DNA of 64,000 bases from Caecitellus pseudoparvulus (lineage: Eukaryota > Protista > Bigyra: Bicosoecida), in the NCBI GenBank assembly GCA_965644315.1, contig CBFFRQ010000065.1:186001-250000 (forward strand), read 5' to 3'. The notes under the pieces were generated by a model that saw nothing but the letters and a program-made list of their open reading frames with translations, was not told where the DNA came from and ran no database searches. This document shows, piece by piece, positions 1 through 13,277 of the stretch. The position numbers and the translations under genes are program-made. How positions within the stretch are numbered: position 1 is the first letter of the stretch; each line of letters starts with the position of its first letter.

Positions 1-3000
1 CTCTGCAAACGCTTCCATGGCTGACAACGTGTCAAGCGGCAGGGGCACCATGAGCTCCGGGTTGCCACAGGGCCCAACCGCAGCCCGCGTTGTCACATCC
101 AAGTCCCACGCAGCCACGGCGACCCGTGCGGCATGGGGTGCCAGCGCGGCAGATCGAATGCACCTGCCTGTGTGCTTGAGAGGAATGTCCACCACAGCCA
201 CGGTGGTGCCTCGGAAGAGGTCCCACGTCACCATGCGGCCGTCGTCTGACAGGGACGTGATGCGGTCAACGCCACCCTCCAGCACAGCCAAGGCAGCCCT
301 TGCAGCGGCAGTTGCCCCCCCCGTGCCGTCGCCTTTGCCGGCTCGGCGAGGAGGTGTCCAACCAGGCACAGAGGCGATGGGGTCGTCGCCTGCACCGCTC
401 AGCCGCGGATCATCCCAACCGCCTGGCTGGGATGCCACCACAGCCTGCTCCACGAGGAGAGGACCAATGCACTTGAGAGCGGCCCGCTCTGAAATGGCCT
501 CCTCCTTCGCTCGTCGCTGGGTGCGGCTGCTGCGGCGCCTGGACGCAGAGGGGGTGTCAACGCCCTTGCCTCGTGCAGCCCCCGCAGAGGGGTCAGCGGA
601 CTCAATAGAAGGCAGCACAGAGCCGTATGTGCCCTCCACTGCATCCAGTGGGAGCTTCTGCGTTACAGCAGGGTAGAGTTCTCGAAGAGCTGAGTGGGCG
701 GCGGTGTCTCCCACGGCGCAGTGGGAAGACAATCCACTGGCACCCCCCGAGAATACCGTGCTCAAGATCTGATTGGCGGGCTGCAAGCCCTGCTCTCCCT
801 CTGCATCCAGCCCTCCAAGCGGCACCAGCGGCAGGGAAGCCTCCAGAGAAGCCGCTGTGGGGCTGAGAGGTGTCACACCCTTGCCAGCGGCGGCAGCTGC
901 TGCAGCCGCGACATCTTCCACGTTCACAGTGTTGGACCGAGGCTCGCCGTCCTGCTGGGCCAAGCCTTCGATGAGGGCGTGGGGTGGGTACATGTCAGAA
1001 GGCACAGGCTGGGGAGTGCCTCCTGGGATGAACGGCCCTTGGCGCTCTGAAGAACCTCCGAACGAAAAGGCTCGAGCGGAGCGAGTGGAGCTGGGCACTG
1101 CCGTGGGCGACGGCGGAACGCCGGCATCAGGCAGCGGCGGGAGGCCTCGCGGAGGTGGCATTCCGGCCTTGGGTGTCACTGTGGCCATGGTGTCGATGTG
1201 GTGCGGCTGCAGCAGCCCGGAATTTAATGGCGCAGGCCGCGCTTGGGGTGGTAGCGGCAGAGTGGCAGCTGCTGTGAAGGACATGGAGAGAATACTGGTG
1301 CTTGGTAAGTGCAGCTCGGGAGGTGGCGTCACTTCCCAAGGGCGACCATCCAGCGCCTTCCATGCCTTGAGGCTGCCATCTTGCCCTCCTGAAAGCACGA
1401 TCAAGCCGGTAGCCGCCGTGGGCGGCTTGGTACCAGGTGGAATGCGCACCACATCCACGACAGTGATGCATGTGATGGAGGTGCCAGGATGGGCATGCAC
1501 GGTGTGGTAGTGGTCAAAGTTCATACCGTTCCACATGAGCAGGTTGCCGTCTGCATCCCCTGACACAAACAAGCGCCGACAAGGCGTCATGTGCAGTGCT
1601 GTGATAGCAGCGTTGTGCCCCAGCAGGGTCAGAGTGTCACGCCCATCATCCGACACGTCCCACACCTTGAGAGTCTTGTCTGCAGACCCTGTAATCGCGA
1701 CTTGGCCATCCACAGACACCACCGACGCAGTGACGCTGTCAGCATGGGAGCCTGACAGCACCCGCGTCTGGTCCCGTGTCACGGACGCAGCGATGGGGGA
1801 CAGCGACTCTTCGTCTTCCAAAAGAGGCACAACTGCCGGCTTCATCGTCTGCCTCCGCTGGCGACTTCCCTGCAGTGCTGACAAGGGCATGGCCTGGGAC
1901 AGGAGGGACTTTCGTCGCCTGTCCATGCGGGCGTCAGTGCTGCTGGGGGCTGCCGTGCCAAAGGCGCCCAGGGCTGCGAGGGATGACTGGCCTTGGTGCG
2001 AAGCGCGCTTGACAATGGACTGCTTGGTGGTTTCTTCTGCACCTGACAGCGCCCAGATTTTCACGGATTTGTCGTGGGACCCTGACACGACCTGTTGCGA
2101 GCCGTGCTTGAAGCAGGCGCAGTACACCTTGTCTCCGTGGCCGGTTAGGGACATGATTTGCTCCCCGCTCTCTGCATCATACACGAAGACCTTTTTGTCC
2201 ATGGAGCAGGACAGAAAGTGTGTGTTGTCAGGCGAGAAGGCAACTGCCGTGATCACCTGGCTGTGCTCCGATCCGGTAATGGGTCGCTCCTCCCACACAA
2301 CATCTGCGCCGCGAATGGCTCGGGACCAAAGCTTCACAGAGCGGTCCATCATGACGCCAGAGGAGTTGCCACTGGTCACCAAGCTGTTTCCATCGGGGGA
2401 GACGCTCAAGCTTGTAATGCCACGCACGTACTTGTGCGCCAAGAACGACCCGGCCATCATGAAGCCCAAGTTCGGGGCTGAGCAATCCAGCATCTGTGCA
2501 GGACAGGGAGGGTGCAGATTTGCGCCTGGGAGGCCATGGGTGACATACGATGAAGGGGGGAACGTACGTTTACAACGCCATCACGCATCATGCCCATGAA
2601 CAGCACCTTGTGAGTGCAATCGTAGGTAAGGGACAGCACCGGGCACTCATCCTTAGAGATCTCGTTCATAACGTCATAGTTCAACTGGTCTCCACTGAAT
2701 GCCTGTCCACTGCGCTCGCGGTCCTGGCGACGGCGCTCTCTGCGTTCAGCCTTCGCACCCTTGGCTGTCTCGGTGCGGCCTCGCGAGCCATACCTGCCAC
2801 TGCGCTTTTCCTCCCAGATGATGAGAGATGCATCCATGGACGCTGTGGCCAGCAGCCGGGTGCTTGCTGTAAAGGAGCGAAGGGGGGGGGGCATGCACGT
2901 ACTGGTGCCCTGAATAGATCACCACATGCTGCAACGCACTCTTGGCAGCGAGGGACTTCCTTGGACGCCGTCCATGTGGAGTGGCCTGAAGCTTGGGCTG

Positions 3001-6000
3001 CTCTGCATCAAGCCACACGGCAGCTGTAATAATATCATCATGATCGTCCATGCCACACAATCGTGTGCCTGTGAAGGGAGGGGGGCCGGGCATGTGGGGG
3101 CGGCAAGCGTGCGAAGCGTGGCGGGGTGCGGCTGACCTGTGAGCGCATCCCAAATGATGACTTGGCAGTCAAACGAGCCAGAGACAAGGCGGAGGCCATC
3201 GGCAGAATACTGCAAGCAGGTAATGGCATCGACATGCCCTCCAGTGCTGCACTCCCGGACGCTCTCGCCTGTTCCTGCATCTACGATGTGCAGCGTGCCG
3301 TCTTGGAACCCAACTGCAATGTGCTCTGCGTCCGGCGACAGGGCAAGGGCTGTGACCTTTGAGGAGTACCCAGCAAAGTCTGCAACGATCAAATTGCGCC
3401 TTGGTTTGTTTTGCCAATCCAAGTATCGCCTCGGCACGGCTTCAGGCTTGAGGCCAAACGACACACGCCGCAGGGCCCAGGCAGTTGCAGAGGCCAAGTG
3501 CTGCAGGCGCTTGCGAATTCCGTGCGCAGAGGCGGACCAAAACGTGTTCAGCGCCCCGCCTGGCGTGGATGCAGAGGAACTGCGACGTCGGGAGGGTGAG
3601 GCCTGCCCTCGTGCACTGGGCGGGTGCTGCAGGGGCCACAGCGGGGCGAGGCGTGTCGCTGACGCCAACTCTGCTTTCACAGCCTCGCGTCGAGCTGCTT
3701 GGCGGTCGCTCTGGGACGTTACAGACCCAGAGCGAGATCGTGAGGTGTCTTGTCCGTCACTTGAGCTGATGGGTGTGGCCTGTTGGCCCCGGACCCGTCC
3801 ACTGCGGCCGCTGCGACCACTGGGAGGAGGCGCGTGCTTGGCCAGGATGGGCTCCACCAGCCGGGCCCATTCCGCGGCAGCGATCTCTTTGATGCGCAGT
3901 GTGCGCTCGTCCATGGCCTTCACCAAAGCCTTTTCTTCTGCTGCCACCATAGCAGCAGCCACTCGAGCAGGGGCGCTCAGTGTGGGCTGGTTGGCTGCAT
4001 GCTGCATGGTAAGCCAGGGGTACTCCACCATCGCAGCGTGGGAGGAGCCAACAAAGACAAGGAACTCTCCTAGCCACTGCAGCAGGGATCCACGTGAGGA
4101 GCCAGAGGTGTCTGCGTGCTCCTCTGAGTACCCCTGTCCGGACAGCGAGCTGGCATGCGCGTGAGACTCGGGAGTGCGCTCGCCTGCGCGAGCCATGCCT
4201 TCCTTCATCGACTGAAACTTCACATTTCGCACATCTTCCATGGCGTCGTGGTAGTCTCGAAGCAGGTGCTCCATGGAGCCAGGGCCATGAAAGGCGCGCC
4301 GCTGGATGAACTGCACGCAGCCAAGCGTGCGATACAGCTCTGCGTAGCGGTGTGCGCGGAGCTGGTAATGCACGAGGTCTTGCATGTACCGAATGTTTGT
4401 CCCATTGTAGCTGAGGGTTCCCAGAGGATCAGCCCGTGATGAGAAGTAGTCCAGGAGCCGAGCAGACACCGCAACCGCCAGCTTGGCGCGGTGGTCGAGG
4501 TACCGGCGCTGGACTGCAAACACCATTTGTTCATGGAAAAACCCCAGCAAGCCTTGGGCATCATCACCCATGGGGCGCAAGTACAGCTCTAAGGAGCGGT
4601 ACAGGCGGGCCCAGACGACAGGGGGCAGCCTGGCTCGGCCGTCGGGCGCCAGCATTTCCAGCAGCTCATCTTCAGACAACCCATGCCGAGAACACACCAG
4701 CAGAGACAGCGCATCTCGGACAATGTAGTACCCCACGCGGGAGGCGACTGCAGAGGACACTTGCGCAGAGCCAGCGCTCGGCGTCTTCGACTCGATTGCC
4801 GCACCACCCGCCCCTGCACCTGAGGCAGCTGTCGCATCGGGAGACGCGTCAGCACCTGGCGTAGTGGAGGCGTCACCTCGCGCTGCGCCGCCCTCCATTG
4901 CGGAGGGTGCCAGCTCCTCGCCCCCCGCATGCTCAGCCCAGGTGGATAAGTCTCGCTCCACCCGCAGCAAGACCACATCCAACAAGTCAGGGATTTCGCC
5001 AGGCAAGTTGCGAATGGCGTGATCCACACCGGTGCCTGCGATGCCGTACTGGGCCTGCAGGCGCAGCTCCTCGCACACGGTCAGGAGGTAAAGTGGCTTC
5101 GTGCTTTCGGGCTTGGCCATGATGAGGTCCATTTGCTCAGTTTTCAGTCGCTTGGAGTACTCAAGGAGGGAGGTGCGCACGATTTCCTTCCGCTCCTCCA
5201 GCATAAGGCCAGGAACGATGAGCTGGTCTGGGCACGGGTCTCGCTTCAACAAGGCTGCGAGGGGCGCAGAGTCGGGTGTCGCCGAGAGGATGGTGATCAC
5301 ACCGGGGGGGGAGTAGGGCGGGCACCAGTCCATGGTGTGGGCGCCGTAGAAGGTGTTCAGCTGGTTGATGGCATCAATGACCAAGAGAACGTGCGTGCCT
5401 TCCAACATGGCCGCCCTGCCTGCCTCAGTGAGGGTCTCGGAGAACACATCCTTGATGCTCTGGTAGTCATCATTCTCATCAAGCTTCGAGGCCCTCTCAA
5501 GGTGAAAGCGCTCCGCCATCTCGTGGCAGAGGCGCAGCAGCACTTCACGAATGTCCGTGGAGGAGGGTGAGGCAGACACCACATGCACAAGCACGAATGC
5601 CCGGCGAGAGCTCATGATGTACTGCTTGGCGAAGGCAGTGACCAGTGACGTCTTGCCGGACCCCGGAGCTCCAACGACGATGAATGGAAGTGTGTTCTTG
5701 GCATGATCTTGATCCGCTACCTCCTCCAGCCGCTTGATGAGCTTCCGCCGCCCGATGAACTGCTCGGCTCGGTTCTCCAGAAAGTGAGTGTGGTAGGCGC
5801 GTTCGGCTGCGAGGGCGGAGGGTGGCGGAGGGGGCGGCGGGAACTCAGCCTTAATGGCGGCCCACAGGTCGTCCAGCACCCCTTTCTCGAACTCTGCCAA
5901 GCCCGTCACAGTGGGCTTGCCTTCCTCATCTTTCCCGCCATACTGTGGGGCATATGTGCGGTACTTGCAGTATGGATGGTCCTGGCAATCTTGCCGCAGC

Positions 6001-8680
6001 TGATTCCGCCGCGCGAGCACGTCTGGCTTGTCGGGGTAGTCCCATGCGAAAACCCCCCGGTCAGACCAACCCCGTTCATCTTTCTCGTCTGAAATGTCCT
6101 TGATGAACTCAGGGTCGCGGTTGTAGACAATGGCATGCACCGGCTGGTACCACTTCCTCAGGAAGCCGTGGTAGATCTCCATTGCCGTGATGCTGTGGCC
6201 AGGTTCAAAGGTGTTGCACCACTGGAACTCTTTTGTCTCTGACACACGGTAGTTGGGAGGGATCCACCCGTACCGCTCCCCCAGCAGTGCCAGGAAGAAG
6301 GGCCGGCTCTTCTCGATTTCCAGGAGGCAGTGCTCCAGCGCGCCCAGTCCTGAATCAGACGTATCCTCAGAGGTCAGCCCCCACCGCAAATCCACTGGCA
6401 CGACGCGAACTCGTCGGCTCTTGGCACGGTTGTTCAGGGCGGGGAACACGACACGTGTCAGCGCGTCTCGTTCACCGTGAAAGTCGTTGAAGGTGGACGA
6501 AACAAACACGCGCACCGTGCGCCAGGAGGAATCCAAGGAGTGACCCTTCCACCACACCGCCCGCTGGGAGTGCCACTCCTCAGCCTGCATCAGCCTGCGT
6601 TCTTCGGCTTCACGCGCGCGCTCCCGCTCGAGTGCGCGAGCACGCTTTGCAGCGCGCTTGGCGCTGAGGCGAGCCGCGCGTTCCTCAGCCTTGCTGGCAA
6701 ACCGAATGGGCGCTGGTGGGTCTGCCTTGGCCTCCTTGGCCTCCGAAGCTGCGGGCTTGGCGGCACCACGCTGGCTGGGCGTGGACGCAGGGGGCGGCAA
6801 GGCACGGTCTGTGGAATCCGCGAAGCTGCCCACTACCGTGCCAGACACGACGAAGGTGAGGTCGCGCGCCACAGCCTCCATGGCAACACGGGTCATGTCC
6901 ACGGCAAGCTGAGACCTAGCCGAGTCCAGCGGGTCCACCACAGTGTCATGCAGGTATGCCATGTCCACGGCAGGGCCCACTCCGCCAAAGGGTGGGGCAT
7001 CGGGGGCACACACCAGCGGGAGCAGGCGTGACGGCACAATGACAGTGGGCGGTGCCGTCGTGACGCTGTGCATGAAGGACTCGCTGTACAGCAGGCTGGC
7101 CCAGTCGACCTTCCCATGCGCCCCTCTGCCCCGGGTATCAAAACTGTCTTGCAAAGAAGCCGCGGCAGCCCCTGTGGGGGATGAAAAGGAACCACGGGTG
7201 CCGGTGCGCGACTCAGTGCGCACCAGGTGCCTGCCGCCGCCGTCCTCGGCTGCGGACGGCAGGGCAGGCTTGATGCCCGCCTTGCGCTCTTCTTTCAGTC
7301 GCGCATAGCGTGCAGCGAACTTGCTGGCCTCTCGCAGCTCCAGGATTTCATGGTGCACGTTGGCTCGGCGGTGCCCGAACAGCCACCCGCCGTTGGAGCG
7401 CCCCATCGCGACAGCCTGTGGCTCCACGCTGCGGGCATCCTGCGAGAAGAGCCCAGTCAGCATGGGGTGCTGGCTGGGCTGGGCACTGTGGCCTGACGCG
7501 GAGGAAGGGCGGTGGCCCGACCCAGTGGAAGCCAGGCTGTCAGACTGGAGCTGGCGCCCGGAAGGGCTTTGACGGCCACTTGCCCCGTGCGTCGGCGGCC
7601 GAGCGGAAGCGGAGCTGCTGTGGTCAACTGGTGGAAGCGCGATTGCCTCTGAAGGTGCAGTACTATCTTCTTTCAGCGCCCGCACGGCAGCAGAGGCTCC
7701 ACCGGCCGGCTTGCCAGTGGCGCCGGCTGTTACAGCTGGCTGGTTTTTGGTTGGCGAAGATGGGGTGGCCCCTGGAGGGCCCCGCGCAGAGTCATCCCGA
7801 TCGGCAGGTGTCGCCACTGTCGATGCAGTCCCTGTGCTTGCTAGGTGCGCACTAGGTGTTGGTGTGTGCTCGGGGGCAGACTCACTGCCCTTGGAGCTTC
7901 CGCGTGCCGAAGAACTTGCGCCACTGCGCCCGGATGATGCTGCTCCCGTGGGCCCTACCTGCTCGCCAGCAGCTTGTCTACTGGACAGAGTATCCATGGC
8001 CGACGCAGCTCGCTTGGTCTCCTCGCTGTGGCTCCTGGTGTCGGCGGCGCCGAGTGCTGACTGCGCCCTGCCTTCTGGCTGGGACGCGCGAACTCTCACA
8101 AAGCGCGGCTGTGCAATAGTCACTGGCGTGCGAGGGCCTGCACCTTGCTGAGGAACGCTGCTTGTCCCAGCTTGCGGGCTTTGAGCTGTGTGTGCCGCAA
8201 GGGAGCCTCGCATTCCCGTCGCACCTGCAAGTGGCAAAGTGGCAAGCAAAGCCACTCGGTGAGCGGAGGAAGCATAGGGGGGCACAGTGTGGCGGCACGC
8301 ACCTCCAGCTGGTGCAGGAAAGGCAGGGCGAGGGGAACCAATTCCAGGAATACCTGCGCATGCCAAGTGTGCCGTGCAGGCACAGACGTGTGACCTAAGC
8401 TCAGCGTACCCGTTGGGCGGGGAGGAGTTTCCGCAGCGGCGCACGCACCGACTCGCACTGGGCCGCGGCCAGCCATTGCCCCAGAGGCTCCACGTGGATT
8501 AAACTGGCCAATCCTCTGTCTTGCACCGGCACCTGCACCCACAGCAGCTGCATGGCCTCGTGGCCGCACTCCAGGCACGACAACTGGAGCACCCCTGCCA
8601 CGCCCGATGCCAGGGATGGGCACGCTGCCCCCCGCTCTCCCCGCACCACCACGCCCTTGACCTCCAGACCAAGAAGCCAT
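1..8680 (-). CDS. TEP1/NWD-like STAND NTPase: disordered N-terminus, DUF4062, NACHT, many WD40 repeats; 3' end lies outside the window (>2700 aa)
   Basis: DUF4062-like WRTVRVFVSSTFNDFHGERDAL...VDLRWGL; Walker A GAPGSGKT (~5650-5675); Walker B LLVIDAINQL; WD40 units (GHVDAITCLQYSADGLRLVSGSFD, GHGDKVYCACF..VSGSHDKSVKIW). Frame-consistent introns 8354-8448, 8225-8302, 3069-3136, 2867-2939, 2494-2567; last exon appears open from 2493 to base 1. Confidence 0.85.
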
Positions 8681-8937
8681 TCAAGCAGGGCACAAGCACT
8701 AGCGTGCAAAGGCCCCTCTTGCGCTCTCGGTTGCAGGCTGAGGCTTGACAGGCGATTGGCACTCGAAAAACAGCTGCTGTCGCATGCGACGCCGACGGCT
8801 CTTGCGTTGGCCAAGGGGGGCGAGGCCAGTTGCTTTGGCAACTCAAAAGCACACTTCATGCAATTGACACGCGCTGTTGCAGTACTTGGCAATGTGCCCT
8901 GTAATCCGTTCTGACTCTGGCAGCTGGTTGTGGACCC

Positions 8938-9654
8938 ATGGCGGCAGCCAGGCCTCGGGCTCAGCCAGTGGTGATTCTCAACGTCGCCCTGGAAGAGGAA
9001 GACAGCGCAATTGCGCAGTGCCTTGAAAGCAGCGGGTTTACGGTTCGACGTTGTGCGGCGAGTCGAGGCTCCTTGCGGCAAGCTTCGCTCCAAGTTGTCG
9101 GGGAAGTGCACTTCAGAGTGCTGCGTTGCAACGCCAAGGCAACGCCGGCGGCGCAGCAGGTGCGCGAGCTGAATGCAGATGTCCGGCAGTCAACCAAGGC
9201 CATGCCTTGGGTACTGTGTGTTCCTGATCAAGCGGCAGCCCGCCTCCTAGGCCTGTGGGATGCACTCTTGCAGGTGGCGCCCTCGGTTCTGTTGGTGTAT
9301 GCGCGGCACGAGGAGCCACTCGCTAAGTGCGTGTTGGGAGTCCTGCAGCGGCTCAAAGCAGCAAAAGCACCCGAAGCGCGCGTGAAAGTGGCAGAGAGGG
9401 TAGCTGCTGCTGCATCTGATTCGTGCAGCACTGCCCAGCACGTGGCAGATGCGCTGCATGGTGCACTCCCGGCTGGGTTGAAAGACCACCTGCCCGCCTT
9501 TGATGTGTTGACCGCATTGCATTCCTTCAGTCTCACCGAATTGGCGGCGGCGACGCCACAAGTCATCACCGCTAACAGTGCTCTCAGCAAGGACCAGGCG
9601 GTCATGCTTTCACACTTCTTGGAGCAGGGTGGCGCACGGACTCTGCCCAGCTAG
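8938..9654 (+). CDS. Inactive XPF/ERCC1-family subunit with C-terminal HhH2 (PTD/SPO16-SCRE-like; FAAP24 is the alternative)
   Basis: 238 aa intronless ORF. N-terminal VVILNVALEEEDSAIAQCLESSGFTVR resembles the SCRE/C1orf146 start and C-terminal SLTELAAATPQVITANSALSKDQAVMLSHFL resembles the PTD HhH tail (recalled, not aligned). No ERKxxxD nuclease motif. Confidence 0.55.
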   Translation: MAAARPRAQPVVILNVALEEEDSAIAQCLESSGFTVRRCAASRGSLRQASLQVVGEVHFRVLRCNAKATPAAQQVRELNADVRQSTKAMPWVLCVPDQAAARLLGLWDALLQVAPSVLLVYARHEEPLAKCVLGVLQRLKAAKAPEARVKVAERVAAAASDSCSTAQHVADALHGALPAGLKDHLPAFDVLTALHSFSLTELAAATPQVITANSALSKDQAVMLSHFLEQGGARTLPS

Positions 9655-9666
9655 AAGCAAGGCACG

Positions 9667-12087
9667 CTACTGTGCCGCGGCGGGGGACAAGTCGTACGCA
9701 TTCCAGACCATGACACACCCATCATTGCCAACTGATACCAGCTGCTTGTCATCAGGGGCCCACCTGACGCAATTCACTTGCTTGGAGTGCCCGACGCCGC
9801 TGTGCAGCTCCGTGCCTGAGCGAATGTCCCACACTTTCACGAGGCCGTCGGCACCGCCCGAGACGATGTACTTGCCACAGTGACTCGTGTCCAAGGTGGT
9901 GACTTCGGAGTCCCCATGGGCGGGGAAGATCGCTTGCAGGGGCTCCGGTTCCCTCAAATCCCAGTACGTGATGCGCCGCTCCTGGCCGCCTGTGATGACC
10001 AAGGACTGGTCCTTCGTCAAGGCCAGAGCATTGATGGTGCCCATGCGCTGCGTGTGGGACGACACACGCGTCTCCCGCCGCAGGTCCCAGCACACGAAGC
10101 TCCTGTCCCGGCCACATGACAGCGCATGCACGTCGTCGTTGTACAGGGCCACTTGCGTGATGCCCATGGTGTGCTGCTTCAAGTCGGAGATGAGTTCGCG
10201 AGAGCGCAGCTCCCACACTCGCACAAGTCCATCGCCACCACCCGACACAATGAAGCGCTGGTTGGCTGCCAGGGCCAGGGAAGACACGCCCCCCTTGTGG
10301 GCGTTGGGGATGCGCCACAGCAACTGGCCGTCGTCGGCAGGGTCGGCGCAGCCCACAGCGTGAGAGCGCACCATGCCGTCTTCCCACCCTGACGTGACGA
10401 AGTCCATGGCAAAGTTCACGACGCTGGGGTGCCCTGCCAGTCCCTCGGTCGCCATGGACAGCACCTTGTAGTCCCCCGCGTCGTACACCCGCAGGGTGTT
10501 GTCTTGTCCGGCCGTGGCGAAGGAGTCGCTGACGCCAGGGGAGAAGGCGACGCTGACCACTGGCGCCAGGCCCAGGCCCTTTGTCCCTGACTCGGCCACC
10601 CCGGCCACCCGCCCCGCTCCCTTGCCAAGCTGAGCCCCCACACCCTCACCATGCGCAGCGCTGGGCGTGGCGTGCGAGTGTGACAGAAGCGTGATGCCCA
10701 CACCCGGCGTGCCCGACGCTGTGCTCACGCCAGCCTTGGCGACACCCTCCCGCCCCGACCGCTGCCGCGCATGCGTCTCGGTGGCTGAGCGAGTCATGGC
10801 AGAGCCAGTCAGAAGCCCGGCGTCGCCCCGTGTGGAGTCCCCCAGTGTCACGCGGTACACCCTGCCCGCGCTTGTGCCTGCGAGGATGTCCACGGTGGCG
10901 GCGCCGTCGGCGTCTGACCACGTTGTGGGAACTACCGACATGTTCAAGATGCCGCCTAGGAGTTGTGCGGATGCGATGGGTGTCAGGGCCTGCCCCTCCC
11001 CAGCCAGGCGCAGCATGGCGCCCTCGCCGCCGCCCACCACCAGCCCGCTGCCGTCTGGCTGCAGCACGACGCTGGACAGGCCTCCCGCACACAGGCACGA
11101 CGAGCAGCTGTACTTCTTCTGCCGCACGTTGATGCTGGCCACTTCCCCTGACAGGAGGCCCGCATAAATCCACTCCTTGTCCGCTGAGAAGACTGCACAC
11201 ATGACCTCACGGGCCATGCCTGACGTCACCTGGGAGGGGAGGGGGGCGGCGTGTGTGCATGGGCTGAGCGAGCAACTTCGAGCCTGGCGCCGGCGCAGGA
11301 CGCACCAGCGTGCTTTGCGTGGACCCGTCTAGCGGGTTCAGGCTCCACAGCACGACACCACCGGGCCCAGCCGTGAGGAACTGGTACAGACCCGTGTCCC
11401 TTCGCTTGACGTCCCGGGTCCAGCCTCCGAAGTTCACGACGCGGGTGGGCTTGGGCTGCTGGGCGAGGGTGGTGACGATGGCGCCGGTGGCCAGGTCCCA
11501 AATGACCAGCTTCCCGTCGCTCGCGGAGCCGACGCTGGCCAGCAAGCGCTCGTCGTCAGAGAACGCCAGGTCCACCACGCCGCCATCGTGCTCCTCCAGC
11601 CGGTACAGCAGCTCGTTGCTCTCGGCGTCCCACACCAGCACGTCTGACTCAGTGCCTGCCTGACCGGACGCCAGGAGCTTGCCCTGCGAAAGATGGCGCG
11701 GAGCGGTGCGGTGTTCTGGGCGAGAGGGAGGACTCGAGGGCGAGCTTTGCCAACGCACACTTGGTGACATTTGCAGGACCATGACGGTGTCGGTGTGACC
11801 TCGCAGGAACGTCTGGTCGTGGGTGTCAGTCAGTGAAGATTTCACTGTGAGTCGGGCGCAGGCACGGAGGAGGTGTGGGCGCATGGGCGCCATTGGGGGG
11901 CACTCGGCGCCGTTGCCAGCTCACCAACACAGGCGCCAGCTGCATGGAAGTAATGGCCACCGTCAGGTGCGCAGTGCAGCGAGTCAAACAGCCCGCCTGC
12001 AAAGCCAATGGCATGCTCCAGCTCTATGGCTAGTTGGGCGCCCCCACTTGCTGCGGCGGGTGCTGTGGAGCCTGCACTTGCTGCCAT
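9667..12087 (-). CDS. CFAP52: Cilia- and flagella-associated WD40 protein CFAP52/WDR16-like
   Basis: N-terminal IELEHAIGFAG, QTFLRGHTDTV, LASGQ, NAHKGGV, C-terminal GVGHSKQVNCVRWAPDDKQLVSVGNDGCVMVW; about three introns between 11230 and 11924. Confidence 0.8.
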
Positions 12088-12463
12088 GGTCTCGGTTGCT
12101 GAGGGCTGCTGCCTGCGGAAACTGCAATCGCCGCGACCCCGGGTCGGTCAGACCAAGCTGCGAGATGTAGCTAGAGGGTGGATCTGCGAGCTGCAGTCCA
12201 AGGAGACACTACCCAGACAGTCGCTTGTTTGTCTGTCACGTGCATTTGCAGAATTGACATCGCGTGTCAAATTGCGCCGACCGCGAGGGGCCCATGTGGT
12301 GGATACTGTAATGAGAAACCCCACCTCAATCACATTCCAAAGGTTATCAGAGCCGTTGAGTGCAGCACACTCGTGTGTCTTTTTCGTATCGCCACTGCAA
12401 GTCAGGGGTTTGCCGAGACTGGGCGTTGCAGGGCTGCGCCGTTTCATCTGCGTTTCGACAGAC

Positions 12464-12890
12464 ATGGCAGCCTCTGCAGACTCGCAGCAGTCCCCTTCAT
12501 GGAAACACTCAGCGTGGGTGAACGAGGCGACATGTGTTGTGCTTTATGATGTTGTGCTCCACTGGCCACCTTCCTGCTGCAGGTCATTGAGAGTGACTCT
12601 GCCGTCTTCAGCTGCAGCTGAGATGGCAGTGGCCGCACTGGAGGTGGACCAGCCTCTGCAACCCGACAGGGGAACGCGGGCATACGAAGTGCAGGGCAGC
12701 GATGTGGTTGTGTGCGTTCCTAGCTGTCGCACCGTGCCTGCACGCGGCGTTTGCAACGACCAACGTCTCGCCGTCGTGCAGAACCATCTCGTCGGCTGAC
12801 GTGAGAACGCTGCGTGTGTTGATGGGGACGTGTTTCGACATGCTTGGGGTGGCGGTGCGCACGATGGAGGCGTTTCCTCCCGAGTCATAA
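12464..12890 (+). CDS. PCC1: EKC/KEOPS complex subunit Pcc1/LAGE3
   Basis: Spliced product SLRVTLPSSAAAEMAVAALEVDQPL...VVVTISSADVRTLRVLMGTCFDMLGVAVRTMEAF matches the Pcc1 pattern; introns 12514-12582 and 12712-12781 keep frame. Confidence 0.8.
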
Positions 12891-13277
12891 GGTCTGCGAG
12901 TTGGTCGGGGCGGACCACAGAGCGGCCAGCGTGGGTATGGGTCCAGCGCTCCCCTCACTGAGCACGTTCAGTGGCGTGCTGGGGAGAGAGTGCGGGTCAG
13001 CATGCGCGACGGCATGTGCCTGCATGTCCCTGAAGAAGAGAGTGAACGACATGTGACAGAACCTTGCGAACGCAGTCGGACTGCGGCAGCAGAAGCTGGT
13101 GCCCCCTTGCGCTCACTGCCTCCACACTCCCGTGGCAGGCTCAAAATACATGGTCTTGCTCAAGAGCAAGCCTAGACATCACAACGAGCTCGAAGGTCTG
13201 TCTCACGTCCACTACAGAGCCAGAGCCTTCCCAGACAGCCACGGGTCGCGCTCTTGCGAAGCCAACCTCGCACGAGA

